A stretch of DNA of 63,764 nt, the filler included, from Octopus bimaculoides (taxonomy: Eukaryota): NCBI RefSeq assembly GCF_001194135.2. It is 5 parts of 5 records of this genome, joined end to end, with 100 filler letters (N's around TTAATTAATTAA, not from the genome) between each part and the next. Parts side by side here need not be neighbours in the genome. Positions count along the whole stretch, not along the records: positions 3,582 to 33,773 come from NC_068990.1; 4 more parts are not named here. One strand, 5' to 3'. The translations under genes were made by a program, and so were the position numbers. Below are positions 13,745-27,398 of the stretch, piece after piece; the first letter of the stretch is position 1; the number at the start of each line of letters is the position of its first letter. A model generated the notes under the pieces. That model was not told the origin of the DNA. It searched no databases and saw only the letters and a program-made list of their open reading frames with translations.

Positions 13745-14165
13745 ACAAGTTGAGGACTCAGTTTTTTAGAGTGATTGTGGATCATTTACTATGTATTTTC
13801 TTGAGTGGACGGCCAGAGAGTTTGTGAGCATCCGATTTAGAGGATTTGGCTGTTTGTTGCTTTTAAAAGTTCCATGGGTACGTTGCATTTCATACATGTT
13901 AGGGTCCTTATGTAGTATTGGAAGGTTTTGGATAATAGTGTTATATGCTTCGTTGTTTCTGGGGTTGTATGTGGAAATATAAAGTAATATTTATGGATTG
14001 GATGTGTTGTTTTGATTGACTTCCATAGTATTTGTATATTAATTCTTTTTGCACGTTTTATGCCATCCTCTATAAGCGAAGTTGGGTTGTGTCTGTCAAC
14101 GAGTACTTTTTAAAGTTCTTGTAGTCTGAATTATCTGGTGTTTTGTCCTGACACTATAGTGCAGA
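13745..14165 (-). mobile_element. Penelope-like element fragment (post-RT linker)
   Basis: TIVSGQNTR*FRLQEL*KVLVDRHNPTSLIEDGIKRAKRINIQ, frameshift, ISTYNPRNNEAYNTIIQNLPILHKDP...KSNKQP; overlaps the TIVSD..R.LRLQ motif of the 46560-46836 copy. Confidence 0.8.
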
Positions 14166-14169
14166 TTCA

Positions 14170-14345
14170 TCTCCTATAGAATTATTAAAAGCAACAAACA
14201 GCCAAAATCAATAAAGCGGATACTCGCAGAGGCAAAACTAATCTCAAATATAACGAAAGCAAGAGTTATAAAATGTGGACGACCGAACTGTGAACACGTC
14301 TCAACATAATGGGAGGCTCAGAATTGATAATTTCAGGTCATACCC
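14170..14345 (+). mobile_element. Penelope-like fragment in inverted orientation, abutting the previous one
   Basis: IIKSNKQPKSIKRILAEAKLISNITKARVIKCGRPNC (start of the Cys-rich linker); ttaaaagcaacaaacagccaaa is the reverse complement of 13845-13866. Confidence 0.75.
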
Positions 14346-14937
14346 GGTTAATTAGATCTACGGTCAAGTTGTGAACATTCCCATTTATTTTTTGATATAC
14401 ATTATTTCCAGCAATACATCACGTAAAAGAAATTTAGTTCTTACTTTTAAGATAATAGATTTAGGAGTTGGTCATATTTAGCTGTTATTTCTAGCAGAAC
14501 GATTACTGTCATAGAGTTTCTCTCGTTAACTGCTGGAACATAGTCTTTTACTGTTATTTATAAATATTTAGATTCCTGAAGATTATGGTTCGTCTGTGTT
14601 CAAAAGGAAAAATAAAGAAAGAAAATGTAAATAAATAAACAGAAAAATAAAAATAAAACACCAAAAATAAAATATATCATAATAAAAATTAAAAATAAAA
14701 ACTCTTAAAAGTTATATATGTTTAGCTTAGGAAAAAAAAATGTTGAGATGTTCAGCTTAAGAAAATATTCGACTCTTATTCTATTTTCAGTTTATACTGC
14801 ACTGAAAAGAGATTGCATTACTTGGCTTAGAATGTTAAAAAATATTTACTCTTGCTAGCTGATTGTAAATTCTATTGAATAGCTTTAGTATAAATGTGAC
14901 TGTGTTTTCTTTTATGTATGTCTATGCGTTTGTATGC

Positions 14938-15001
<64 letters not shown>

Positions 15002-17204
15002 ATATATATATCTATATATATATATGAGTACCGTATTTTTCTCCGTATGAATGTGTTTGCTGTATTTCCTCTGTGCGTTTATTTATTTATTTTTTCCATT
15101 GTATTGTACGATTCATACAAATATTTTGGAAGTTTTAAGAAATAAGATAACAATGTCACTATAAACGATTAGATTCAAGTGGCTTAAAACAAATTATTTG
15201 GAATATAAAAGGTAGATTAGTAACGGGATTTTAAATATGATATCAACTATACAAACTCCCGTTTAGTGTTTGTTCTGAGGTTTGTGACGGGTTACAATTA
15301 CAAAATAAATCCCCCCAAAATACAATAAAATGTGGATTAAAAAATAACCTGAGAAGTTTAAAGTTGTTAGATCGAACATATATAGTGGCGCTATATTAAT
15401 TAATAAACAGTATACTCCTTATATGCAGTTGATTGAATAAAAGACAAAATTTAGGGTAGATATCAGATTATGTCCGATAAGAACTTCACATCACAACCTC
15501 TTTGTTCCAGATTTGATTCTGATCTATAGCAGTTTGGGGATGTATCTTGTACTATAGACTTGACAGAGAACTTTAGTATTATGAGCAAAATTAAGCAGAC
15601 AGAAACTGTGCTGGTGTCTGCCAGATTGGATGTATCTGCTTTTGCATGGATTATAAAAATTAGCGTCGCCTAGTTTAACTCCGTTCATTTGCCCTTAGGT
15701 ACCTTTTACATAGTTTAGTTTGGAGCAAATATTTGAATAAGAATCTATTCCTCCCCTCATTGGCAACGGAGTATATGCCCGTTTCTCTTATCTTTTGAAT
15801 ATATCATTTAAAAGATCACCAAACGCAAAAATAGATGCAAACTCAAAGCTAAGAACAGAAATTTTTGTGCGGGAGGAATGAGATGTGTACAACTGACACA
15901 AAATAAATAAGGAGAGGGAATTCCTAAGGAAAGGAAACGTGGTAATTATTAGAAAAGGTAGATGACGATAAGAACGAGAAGAAAATAAGAAACCCTGATG
16001 ATTTGAAAACCAACGTCGAGAGACGAAGATGTAATAGTGAATTGCTCTTGGGTACCTTTTCAGATAATTCATTTTCGTGTAAGTAGCTGGACAAAATTCT
16101 GTTTCTCCCATATGAGCGTTTCTCTTACTCTTTTGAATAATGAAGCGTATTATATTTATACCCGAGGAGAAATGATTTAAATGAACAGATATAATTTCAA
16201 CGAGTATTGGTGACCGATGGATACAAGAAATACTAACTCAGCAATATGATACGATTTTGAGTTATTTACTTCATATTAAATCTAGAGAATTCCCAATACA
16301 GATTCCCTTGATTCTTGCTCCCCACGGGTGAGGCGGATATGAAGCTGGAAAATAAGATGAATTCATTCTGTTTTTTAACGTTAATTAGGTTTTTTTACTA
16401 TTTCAAGTTGTCCAAAACTATAGCAAAGAAATAAATTATTATATGGAGGCAAAGACTGTTTGGTCTTCTCGCTAATACGGAGCAGAGTTCCCTATTTCTT
16501 TTAGTGGAACTGTTATTTGTCAGTTTTGGAATGATTGCGCTGGATCATTCAGTGTACTTGCGTCGGTAGCCTCCCGGATTCAAACAAATATGATTCTTTA
16601 ATTTAGAAATAAGTTTTCCGTGCCATAATCCAGAGTAATACAATGTATATATANNNNNNNNNNNNNNNNNNNNNNNNNNNNNNNNNNNNNNNNNNNNNNN
16701 NNNNNNNNNNNNNNNNNNNNNNNNNNNNNNNNNNNNNNNNNNNNNNNNNNNNNNNNNNNNNNNNNNNNNNNNNNNNNNNNNNNNNNNNNNNNNNNNNNNN
16801 NNNNNNNNNNNNNNNNNNNNNNNNNNNNNNNNNNNNNNNNNNNNNNNNNNNNNNNNNNNNNNNNNNTATATAGTGAAACAAATTGTAATAGCAATCGAAA
16901 ATCAAACCAGTCGTGGCGCATCTAATAATAAATCTGTAAAATCTATAATCTTATAAATAACTCATCTTAGACATTTCTGAATTGATATCTCAAAATTGAG
17001 ATTTTGTTCCGAAATGTTTAAGAGAATTTCGAAGGTGGGAGTAAATCAATAAACGTAAGATAAAAGTCAAGTCATATCAAGTGGGATTATTATATACAAA
17101 GAGCGATTATACGTACAAGGAGATAATTAAATAACACTGGCTATTGACGTTTCTGCTACTTCACCACTATATGGATAAGAACTGTTATTTTTTGTCACTA
17201 GACC

Positions 17205-17910
17205 ACTGAGTCCATGTATATGACTGGTACTTGGTACATCGACGTCACTGGAATAAGAAACAAAAATCAGTCGCGTGTAAATGTTTCTTGCAACAAAGTA
17301 ATGAAACTAAATAATAGTTTTAAATTTAGGTGTAAGACTAACAATTTTATTAAGCGGATGTTACTTAAATACATCGATCAGAGTACTTGACTGATATTTC
17401 ATTCTTTTGATCATAGATGGATTAAAGCAAAGATACCTTTAGCTGACTTTGAAGTCAGAACGTAAAGAGGACGAATAAATGCCTTAAAGCCTTTCCCCCA
17501 CGCTGTAACAGTCGTCGCCGCGATGAAATTAAATAATGGTTTCTAATTTAGGTACAAAGCCAAGAATTTTGAGCATATTAGTGTAGTCGATACCTTCGAT
17601 CACAGTTGGTGATTCATTTATTTGGTAAGGGAGGATGAAATGTAAAGTTGACCACAACGGTATTCGAATTCTGAATGTAAAGACCCGGAAAAAATGCAGC
17701 AAAGCATTTTGATACAGGTTTAGCTATTTTAGGAAGAGACAATTAGTCGATTACATCGATGCTAGTACTGGAATAACAGTTTATTGTATAGATCCCGAAG
17801 GAACGAAAGGAAGAGCTGATCTCGGTGCAATTTGAACTTAGAACGGAAAGAGCCGGAATCGATGCTGAAAAGAATTTCTTCTCACTCTTTAATGATTCTG
17901 TTAGCTCGCC
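17205..17910 (-). mobile_element. Cluster of about four co-oriented degraded family A SINEs
   Basis: Repeated tacatcga...ggtacttg...gatgaaa...gtcgac...tttgaac...agaacg modules near 17230, 17370, 17580 and 17750. Confidence 0.7.
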
Positions 17911-19134
17911 ACCTTCTTATTGAATCTATATAATACGAACCATTTTATTCAATGCTTTACCATTTCCATAGCACTTCATATGATATATATCACAAATTTT
18001 ACAAGGTTAGCGCTATTAGATATAACGTACAATGTTATAGTTTAACTTTATCACATAGGCTTTTATCGTTACAGTAAAATAATACTTCTAGAAAAATGTG
18101 CTAACTTAGCACAAATTTTATAGCATTTATTATATTAAAGATAACCACTTAGAAAGATCTTCGAATGTTCCAGCATTTCGCTCGACTGGTTCTCTGTGAA
18201 AACAATTACATTTATATTCAATAATTATTAGTCTTTCTTAAAGTTAACAGATTTCTTCAAACGTCTCTGTTGGTATATAATTTTGGTCGATATTTTTGGT
18301 TTTCCATAGCTGAAGTGTCATAATATTCACGTTAAAAGATGGTTGTTTTGTTCTTTGAAGTATAACTTCTGTAGAACAAAATTATACTTGAAATTAAGAT
18401 TTTCAATTTCAAAAATATGACGTAAATGAATCGAAAATCACGCTTATCTAGTCAGTGATACATCAATACTAACAATGATTTCTATTTTATGAGTAGAACC
18501 AATTTTAGTTATTGTTGTTTTGTTGTTGCTAGCGGTTAGCTTCCAGCTGAAGCATTGATTACGCAGTCATGGCAGCAATAGCAACAGCAGCAACGGCAGA
18601 GTCACGAGTCACTATCTCCAACAATAGCAGTAATTATAACGACGTGAGTCCCGAAAATAGCCTCGACTGTACCCGCACAATAACCATAACAACCAGCATA
18701 AACTCCCAGTATTTTCTTAAGACAGGCAAAACACTTCATTCGACATACCATACCTCCCTGAAGAGAGTCAGAAGATTCGTCGTAAGGAGTTTCTGTCGTG
18801 GTTAAGAAGTAAAATTAAGACCGTTGAAGAGCTTCTATAAAAAAGACAGTTGCTTTCAACTGCTAATTACATTTAATTCACACATAAAATGTTGACCGGA
18901 ATTTCAGTTTCAGTTAACTATTATTGTAGGGTTTTGCTAAGTTGGTGCAGGGTGGAAGACGAAAGCATATTTGCAAAGTTATGGTTAGCAAGCTTATGAT
19001 AATTAAGTGTAGTTTTCAGCCGAGTCCGTTGTTAAGATAACCACCGACCGTTTCCTTTGCCGAGAAGTACAGTTTTCCTTTATCTGGTTGATATGAAGAG
19101 AGATTGTGTTGTGCGTCAACTCGTTCAACCTGAC

Positions 19135-19330
19135 CCACAGCCTGAAATTTGGTGGAGGGGGTTATCAATTACATGGACCCCCAATACTCAGCTGCTTCTT
19201 ATTTTTATCGACCCTGAAAGGATGAAAGACAAAGTCGAGCGCGGCGGAATTTGAACTTAGAACGAAAGGACGCACGGGATGCCGCTAAACATTTTGCCCG
19301 GCGTGCTAACGATTCTGCCAGCTCGCCGCG
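19135..19330 (-). mobile_element. Family A SINE abutting a (TAA)n array
   Basis: Near-consensus copy ending ctgccagctcgccgcg, followed by (TAA)n at 19331-19460. Confidence 0.9.
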
Positions 19331-19342
19331 TTAGTAATAATA

Positions 19343-19387
<45 letters not shown>

Positions 19388-19397
19388 NNNNNNNNNN

Positions 19398-19441
<44 letters not shown>

Positions 19442-20789
19442 AATAATGATAATAATAATAATAAAAATAGTAAAAACATCATTCTTAACAGAGCTTGTGA
19501 ATACTCGAGTTCATTGCCCGCAGCGCTTGACTGACACTTGATTTTCTCGACACAGGAAGGAAGAAATGGAAAGTTGGGCTCAGTGGGAACTTAAGAATAT
19601 AAAGTGCTATAACGAAACAATACAAGCCATTTAAATCGGCACTCTACCGATTCCATCAGTTTATTATATTAATATTATTATTGATATCTTTCTAGTGATA
19701 ACGTGGAATACAAAATAAAAACAATATCTTTCGCATTGCATATCATGTTTATATACTACATTTATTTTTTGAGGGGCGTGCTAATTCATGATTTTACTAA
19801 TGAGTTTTACTAAAAGCTTTTAGGATATGATTTGGTGTTATGTATTATGTGACACTAAATACATTGATTTTAGTTCATGCGAAATGATGCAACGCGCACA
19901 AAACATAAAACTAGCACTTTAATAAAAAAGGGAAAATTTATTAGAAATTGTCACTGAACAGAAATACGTCTGATTGGAAGCATAATGGTGATATAGATTA
20001 CGTTAATGATACTTGCACATAATTAACGGTTTCAATTCCTCTACAGGGTTTTCTTTCAACTCATAGACAAAACTATCCATTATTTCATTGCCAAGTAAGA
20101 TAGTAGTAGAACATCTGTCATTGTTACTTGTGATAGATTGGCGCTCTGTTCAGTGGAGAAGAGATATTACCTAATTCACACCATAGAATCTGAGATCCAT
20201 ATGATTGTCAAGGTAGTTTCGGGACTAAAGAAAGTACAAATTATGTGCAAGTAAAAATTACAGAGAATATAATCCAGTTTGATTGTATCACTTTAATGGG
20301 AAACCCTAATCGTAATTTTTCATTTAATAAATATGGACAAATATGGTTTTGTGGTAAAATAGTGGGTCGAGTTTTGAAGGCGTTATTTACTTGAACATCG
20401 TGCAAAAAAGCAAAGCAAAACAAAAGAACTAGTGTATATATATATATATNNNNNNNNNNNNNNNNNNNNNNNNNNNNNNNNNNNNNNNNNNNNNNNNNNN
20501 NNNNNNNNNNNNNNNNNNNNNNNNNNNNNNNNNNNNNNNNNNNNNNNNNNNNNNNNNNNNNNNNNNNNNNNNNNNNNNNNNNNNNNNNNNNNNNNNNNNN
20601 NNNNNNNNNNNNNNNNNNNNNNNNNNNNNNNNNNNNNNNNNNNNNNNNNNNNNTATATATACCTGTGTGTATTCGGACTTATATGGGTGTGAGCATATGT
20701 ATAGTACATAAGGAAATACATATCAGTGCACATATATTGATATATATATGTATGTATACATACATCTATATACACTTACATATGCACAC

Positions 20790-20833
<44 letters not shown>

Positions 20834-20917
20834 TTATGCTGTATGTACATATCACTATCAATCAACTAATAAGTCTTTCCAACTACATGTTTCCGAGTTC
20901 AGTTCTACTGTGTGGCA

Positions 20918-21003
20918 CATTTGCTGGATGTCTTCTACTAAAGCCACATACCGACAAAAACTTTCTGAGTGGATTTGGTAGACGGAAAGTGAAAGGACTT
21001 ATC

Positions 21004-21005
<2 letters not shown>
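20918..21005 (+). mobile_element. Family B SINE internal fragment ending in (TA)n
   Basis: gtgagtggatttggtagacggaaa-like core followed by cgtatata. Confidence 0.7.
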
Positions 21006-21070
<65 letters not shown>

Positions 21071-21152
21071 AATATTTTACATACATAATAGAATTTAGAG
21101 TATGAACGTTGCTTGCTTGCTAAGGAACTGCATAGCAAAGACGACCCTGTAC

Positions 21153-21217
21153 CTCAGCTGATGAGCTGCAGTTTTTACCATAAATACCACATAAGTACCT
21201 CTTCTCAATAATATGTC
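21153..21217 (-). other. Candidate 65-nt internal exon encoding GHIIEKRYLCGIYGKNCSSSAE
   Basis: Minus strand: catcattctgcag acceptor, open frame, GAG|gtacag donor. No homology confirmed. Confidence 0.2.
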
Positions 21218-22082
21218 CTGCAGAATGATGGCATTGAAAATTTAATAAAGTATGTGTGTTTTGGAGTCCTCCAAAGAAGTCATCGTTCATCACATGATTT
21301 GGCTTATATGAGAAAGTGATCAACCATGAATGATATCATAATGGATGTTAGACACTAATAGCGAAGTGTTTACTACACTTCAACAGATTTCGATATCAGG
21401 TTTCAAAACTGAATCGCAAAATCTAATCTCTGGGAGTGTCAATGTTGATTTAAAATAGTCTGTACAGTTCAAGCGAATCATATGAATTAAACAAGCAGCA
21501 TATGTGTGACAACCGATTAGATTAAACATTAAGGGCATTCAGGTGGGAACTATCTGCCATTTTTCAGATTCAATAAACTCTGCTCTCCATTATGCAATAT
21601 AAACACTGTACTTTGAAGATATTGTGATATGATCCGGGAGGGAGAGCCACAGGTTCTCTTGATCCGTAGTGTAGATGAAAATATTAAGAGATTTAGTTTC
21701 GAATAAGAAATTAATGACCTGAAAATTGCGTTATACCATGCAGTTAGTAATTTCTGTTTCCGTTGAACAATTCAGTTTTGAAAGCCAGTTCTGCTTCATC
21801 GTTAACACTCTATATGAAACTGGTTTATATATGTAATACCTTTTTAACATAAATAACCAGTTTCTTCGGGTTGCTTTTTGTTTTTGAGCATATAGTCAAT
21901 TCTTGTGTTAGCATCATAACTACTCTATCTTTTTTGTGACCTAGCATATCTAGTACTACATTATCCAACTTGTTGTTTTTATTGTTAAAACTGTCATATG
22001 CGCTTAGAGAGACATTTGGTTGTGAATTCGAGCAAATTCTTCATATCGTTATTTTCACTGCAATTAGTTTGTAAATATCGAT

Positions 22083-22285
22083 TTCAAAATTTGGCAAAAT
22101 GCCAACAGTTTCGGGAGAGGAAGTAAGCCGATTACATCGACTCCATTGCGAAACTGGTACCTATTTTTATCAGTTCCGTGAGGATGAAGGACAAAGTTAA
22201 CCTCGGCGGAATTTGAACTCACAACGTTTAGGCGGGTAAAATGCCGCTAAGCATTTTACCCGACGTGCAAGCTCGATGCCTTAAT
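22083..22285 (-). mobile_element. Family A SINE
   Basis: ggatgaaggacaaagttaacctcggcggaatttgaactcacaacg core. Confidence 0.85.
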
Positions 22286-24309
22286 TAGTGTGTGAATATC
22301 AAAACGAATTCTGTTTTCGCACTCACACCGTAATTTTTACTGCGTTTAGAACACAGGCTTAGACATCGTTAGAAAATGGTGTTACTTAAACTCAAATAAT
22401 CACGAAATCCCTGACTATTCTCTGCAATATCTTAGTGTATCGTGACGTCCCGGTTAGATGTTTCTATTTTATCAAATATATCATTGACAAATAGCTTTTT
22501 AGATCGTAATGCCGAGGTTAAATATTTTCGCCCCCGACTCACTTAACGACACGATGACGTTAACTTTAAAACTGGAGCAGGAAATCACATCAATCAGTCG
22601 ATAATCACTTGCACCATCAGCTCAACTGAAAAAAAAAAAGACGATCAAATGATCAGTCGATATGATGTATTGATCAATAAGTTTTTATCAAACCCCAAGT
22701 TAGCTGTGATCAATTAGACCTACGGCAAAAGTCATTTTAGCCATGATTATGATGTCGACTATTTCTTATGAAAAAACTATACACCGTTCGATACGACCCC
22801 CTGCCTCTAACTTAATAGTGTGCTATGAGTGAGATTTGACTACTATTTCGAGCAGATCGAATGAACCTCTAGATGCACAGTTGACGGCTTGATAAGCGAG
22901 CATTTACGAATATTATTTCGAGTTTTAATGACAAAATTAAATTACGTATAAATATAGGATGATATTTTTGAATACTTTCATGAGATTCTGCATACAAAAG
23001 ATGCAATTTTGGTAAATCTAATTCCAATAATTTCTAACGTTTCTATGATCCCATTACTACATTTCCCATCTTTAAGACATCCAACGTCTTTATTTTACTG
23101 CAGTAGAAGCAGTACTCTAGGAATATGCTTAGCGGCTTTTCGTCCTTCTTTATGTTTCAAGTTCACATTCCGCCGAAGTCGACTTCACCTGTCATCTTTT
23201 TGGAGGTGACAAAAAAAGTACTAGTTGAGCATTGGCGTCGATGTAATCAACTTCCCCTTGAGCTTGCTGGCCTTGTACAAAAAATTTGAAAGCAATATGC
23301 ATAATGGAAAGAAGACACTCCGAAGCTCTTTCACTGAAAGTCATTAGTTACGATTGGAACTCGTAGATATAAAGATGATTAGACAGGCCTAATCCTGACA
23401 ACAAGCAAACCAGCTTCACTAGACAGCTAAGGTCAGCACTGCATCTCCTTTTGCAGATTTGTGACAAAAAAAAATGAAGTGTAGCTTAAAACTATTAAAA
23501 ACATAATCGAACTTGCTCCTATACTTCGTATTTTCGGAAGAGAAAGTAAAATATCACACCAAATCTAAAGCACATCCTATATGAAATATATATCACAAAT
23601 ATTGCAATAATAAAGACCCTTTAACTGTTTAAAAATTATCGTTCTATGGGATAGACTAACATGGAATTAAAGTGAAAGATTGTGAAAGAATATAAATACC
23701 TATATATGGTATATATTTTTAAGTGATCTTGTTTTTCTCAGATACTGTTATTGTTTCACATTGTAAATCATGTTTTATACATAAATAATTAATGTCCTTC
23801 ATAGAAAAAACAAAACAAACACTGTATATTGACTTGGCTCCTGAAATTTATGATGTTTTTCTAGAATATTAGTTTAGGAATATTAAATTCATGGATAAAA
23901 AATAGAAACATTGTTGGCTTTTGTTCTCTAAAATAGAAAATACTCGTAGCAAATGCATTAGAGCTAATTGTAATTAATTCTCTTTTACTTTCAATCTGTA
24001 TTATTGAAGAGATTAAAGCACAAACAACGTAATGGACAGTAAGCCATTCTCCATTTTTTCCAAAGATCTAATTAAAAATATTTAATTTAAAGCATATATC
24101 TATTTCTGTAAGTGGATATTGAAAGTTGAGTGCAGTGTATTACACAGTTTTGCGATATTGGCGAATATTGGCAATGCATAACAATACATAATAAAAAAGA
24201 AAAACACAAAACCTATAAAGCCCAAAATATAATAGCGTTCTATCTCGTTATCTTCCAGACTATCAGATGCCTTTATACATCGGTGATATTAATGCGCTTC
24301 CCTTTATTG

Positions 24310-24530
24310 TGACCTCGTTTCAGAGCGAGGTTTTAAACTACGTCATCTAATAATTGTGTTTGAGGTCTTCCGATAGCTTTCTTCCACTCTCTTGAATGCC
24401 AATGCTGCACGGGTCTACCTGCTCTCTGTGAGACGTTCAACATGTCCATGGAACTTGTGTTATTAGCATTCTTCTATCAAGTTGTTGTCTCTACTCTATT
24501 CTAGAATCGAAATTTGTGAACATATGTAGA
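24310..24530 (-). mobile_element. Degraded RTE-clade LINE 3' fragment
   Basis: Minus translations KFHGHVERLTESR*TR and (K)AIGRPQTQLLDDV match the RTE WxGHVxRM...GRP...WxD motif. Confidence 0.5.
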
Positions 24531-25477
24531 ATGGCGTTCAGAATTCCATAAAAAATAAGAAGAAATGAGCATAATTCCAATATTATCAACTAACCGAAAT
24601 TAAAAAAAGATAATATGTTCATCTGCTGATGAGAGTGAATGGAGTCTTTAAAGACAGTAGATAAGAATAGCTTATGCTTCGGTCAGGGTTGATTCAAATC
24701 AATCGTAAATATTTTCCACCCCTTCCGATACCGTTTTTCTAATATACCAAATTCCAACCATCTGAAATCATTGGAATGGATTAATCAATGATCGATATCT
24801 GTCATCACTAAAAATTAAGCAAGTGAGGGAAAATACTAAGTGATTAATATATTTGCTAGAAATAAAAGTCAAATTCCATCCATTCAAAACTCACTGTTTT
24901 TAATAAGGAAGGACACGTTGAGAAATATAACCCAAGATTATATCAAGAAGAGATAGTCATGGCTGGAATCTCTTTGGTCATATGTCTCCTCATACTGAAC
25001 TGATTGGTGAAATAAACACAACAATAAACACAACAATCTATGACAACAATAACAGTAAAAGCTACTACGACTAACTCTATTTAGGGATAATGCATGAGAT
25101 TAATAAATATTTATAATCCTTTAAAATGTCTCTGAGTTTCTAAATGGAGTTTGCGGTGCAGGTTTGATTCCCTGCTGAAAAGTTTCACCGACTTTATACG
25201 TCATTTTTATTATTCCTTTGTAGTAAAATGCAACATATGGTTTCCGGAATGAGTGGCTTCTCTGTTCTATACACATTAGAGTAGTGCATGAAGACGAAAT
25301 CCTCACTGATGTCACAGTGTTCCGATTTTGGTTTCGGTGCATTTATATTGGAATTTATCAGAAATTGGAAACGCAGGAAATGGGAAAGAAGAGATTATCA
25401 ATCAATCAAATCACAAAAATCGATTTATATTTAACAAACCAACTGTTGCTGTTGTTGTTGTTGAAGTTGTTGTTTAG

Positions 25478-25782
25478 TCGCAGGTGGGGCCTGGCTCTCC
25501 GTCGGTTGCGACGATGAGTGTTCTATTTGATACCATCAACTGAACAGCCTGTTCCTGAAAATTACGTGCAAGTGGCTGAACACTCCCCAGACACGCGTAC
25601 CCTTAACATAGTTCTCGGGGAGATTCAGAGTGTCACAGAGTCTGACAAAGCTGACCCTTTGAATTACAGGTACAACTCATTTTCGCCAGCTGAGTGGACT
25701 GGGGGAACAAGGACACAACGCCGAGAATAGAGCTCAAGACATCACGATCGTGAGTCGAATAACCTAACCACCAAACCATACA
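25478..25782 (-). mobile_element. tRNA-derived SINE, family E (my label), with (CAA)n tail
   Basis: Minus-strand head tggtttggtggttaggttattcgactcacgatcgtgatgtcttgagctctattctc, central ccagtccactcagctggcg, tail into AAC repeats at 25445-25475. Confidence 0.75.
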
Positions 25783-26151
25783 CTCAGGGGCCGGCCAGTG
25801 TTGACTCAAGGTAATTTCAGAAAGAAAAATTTCCACCTTGAAGACCTCTAAAGGATAACCTCAACTAACATGTTTAAAATACCAGAGCTTGAGTCAAGCG
25901 AGTTATCGGTGCTAATTTCAGCAGTTCAATCAATCACAGGACAATTGCTGTTGTGGTTATTGCTGCTGCTTACCACCAGGATAACACTTTGAAAGGAAGT
26001 TTGTGATCATCCAGTTTTCTTTATCAGGTTAATATAGATACATGCAATCGTACATAAGTGCATGCACATATAAACATATGTATGTTGTTGGTAGCCTCTC
26101 GCGTCCGAGAAAGTTGCTCAACCAGTTGCTGTACATGAGCTGTATGTGAGA

Positions 26152-26545
26152 GCGTGTGGCCTAGTGGTTAATGCGTTGCACCCACGATTGCTAGATGGTG
26201 GTTTCGATTCCCAGACCTAGAAGTGTGTTCCGAGGAGAGCGCTTCATTTCATGTTATCGCTTGGATATCATCTGGCGTATAGAACACCGTGCATATCTAC
26301 TGAGAATGTACATTTGATGGCAAGATTTAGCGCAGGCATGTATGTATGTATGTATGTATGTATGTATGTATGTATGTATGCGTGCATGTAAGTATGCATG
26401 TATGCATGTAACTCGAGTCAATGCGGATCTCTACTATTACTTCAGAGAACTCAAAACATGAACCTCCGGTTTTGTTACACGTTGCATATAACAATACAAT
26501 TAGTTAGTCCTCGCATAGGTGGTGCTCTAGTATGACCGCAGAAAC
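26152..26545 (+). mobile_element. tRNA-headed SINE related to family E, interrupted by (TATG)n
   Basis: A-box gtggcctagtggttaa and B-box ggtttcgattccc at 26155-26213; no acceptor stem or CCA, so not a tRNA gene. Confidence 0.6.
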
Positions 26546-27214
26546 AAAATAATAATCATGTTTATGATAGTAACATTATTACTATTCATGGAAATGAAAA
26601 CCGTAAGGCCGTTTATTTGTTTTATCTTCCGCACCAGTGTCACGTTCGCTTAATCTGTATGTAGCTAGTTATCGTTGTTTTCAATCTAACTCCTTTATTA
26701 GAGCATAAAGCTAATGAAATACACATCATTGATTTACGTTGCGTTTTATGAAAGGTAACTACGTAATCTATGTCTTTTGCTTGACTTCACTCGCTTGCTT
26801 TAGACAACCAACAGCGATAGAAATTATTAAGAGGTTGCATTAGTGTATGTTTTGCTTCTTGTTTTGCTTATTTTCTGAATGTTAAGAACATCTACGTGGA
26901 CTACACGAACACGAGTTGATCGTTTAATATCTTAAACTCACTGTTATCGGTTAGACTACTGGGGAAGCATTGCTGTTTGGAAATGTTTATCTCAGACAAA
27001 TTCTATGTGAAATTTAGTAATCTAATTACAATTATGTCACCTCTTAAATTGAATCTTTTCTAGGAGCAATAGCTATTATCATAGTTGCTCTTTCAATTAT
27101 TGTTCTGAATATTATCATTGGGCATCTATCTCGGACACCAGAATAAAGAGACTTAACTCTTCACCTTATTCTTCTCGATTAGTTATCTAAGAATAATCAT
27201 ACAGAAATATATTG

Positions 27215-27398
27215 GCTTAAAATTTTGGCTCAAGGGGGAAAAGTAAGTTGTTTATATCGACACCAGTGATCAATTATTATACGAAAGGATGAAAAACAGA
27301 GTCGACTTCGTCGGAATTTGAACTTGGAACGTAACGACGAACGAAATACCGCTAAGCACTTTGCCCGGCGTGCTAACGGTTCTGCCAGGTCACTGCCT
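27215..27398 (-). mobile_element. Family A SINE
   Basis: gtcgacttcgtcggaatttgaacttggaacg...cggcgtgctaacggttctgccagg. Confidence 0.85.

Noticed and set aside
26155-26215. tRNA-like A/B boxes (also at 37496, 51570 and family A heads)
   Set aside because: No complete cloverleaf, and they continue into repeat bodies; these are SINE heads, not tRNA genes.
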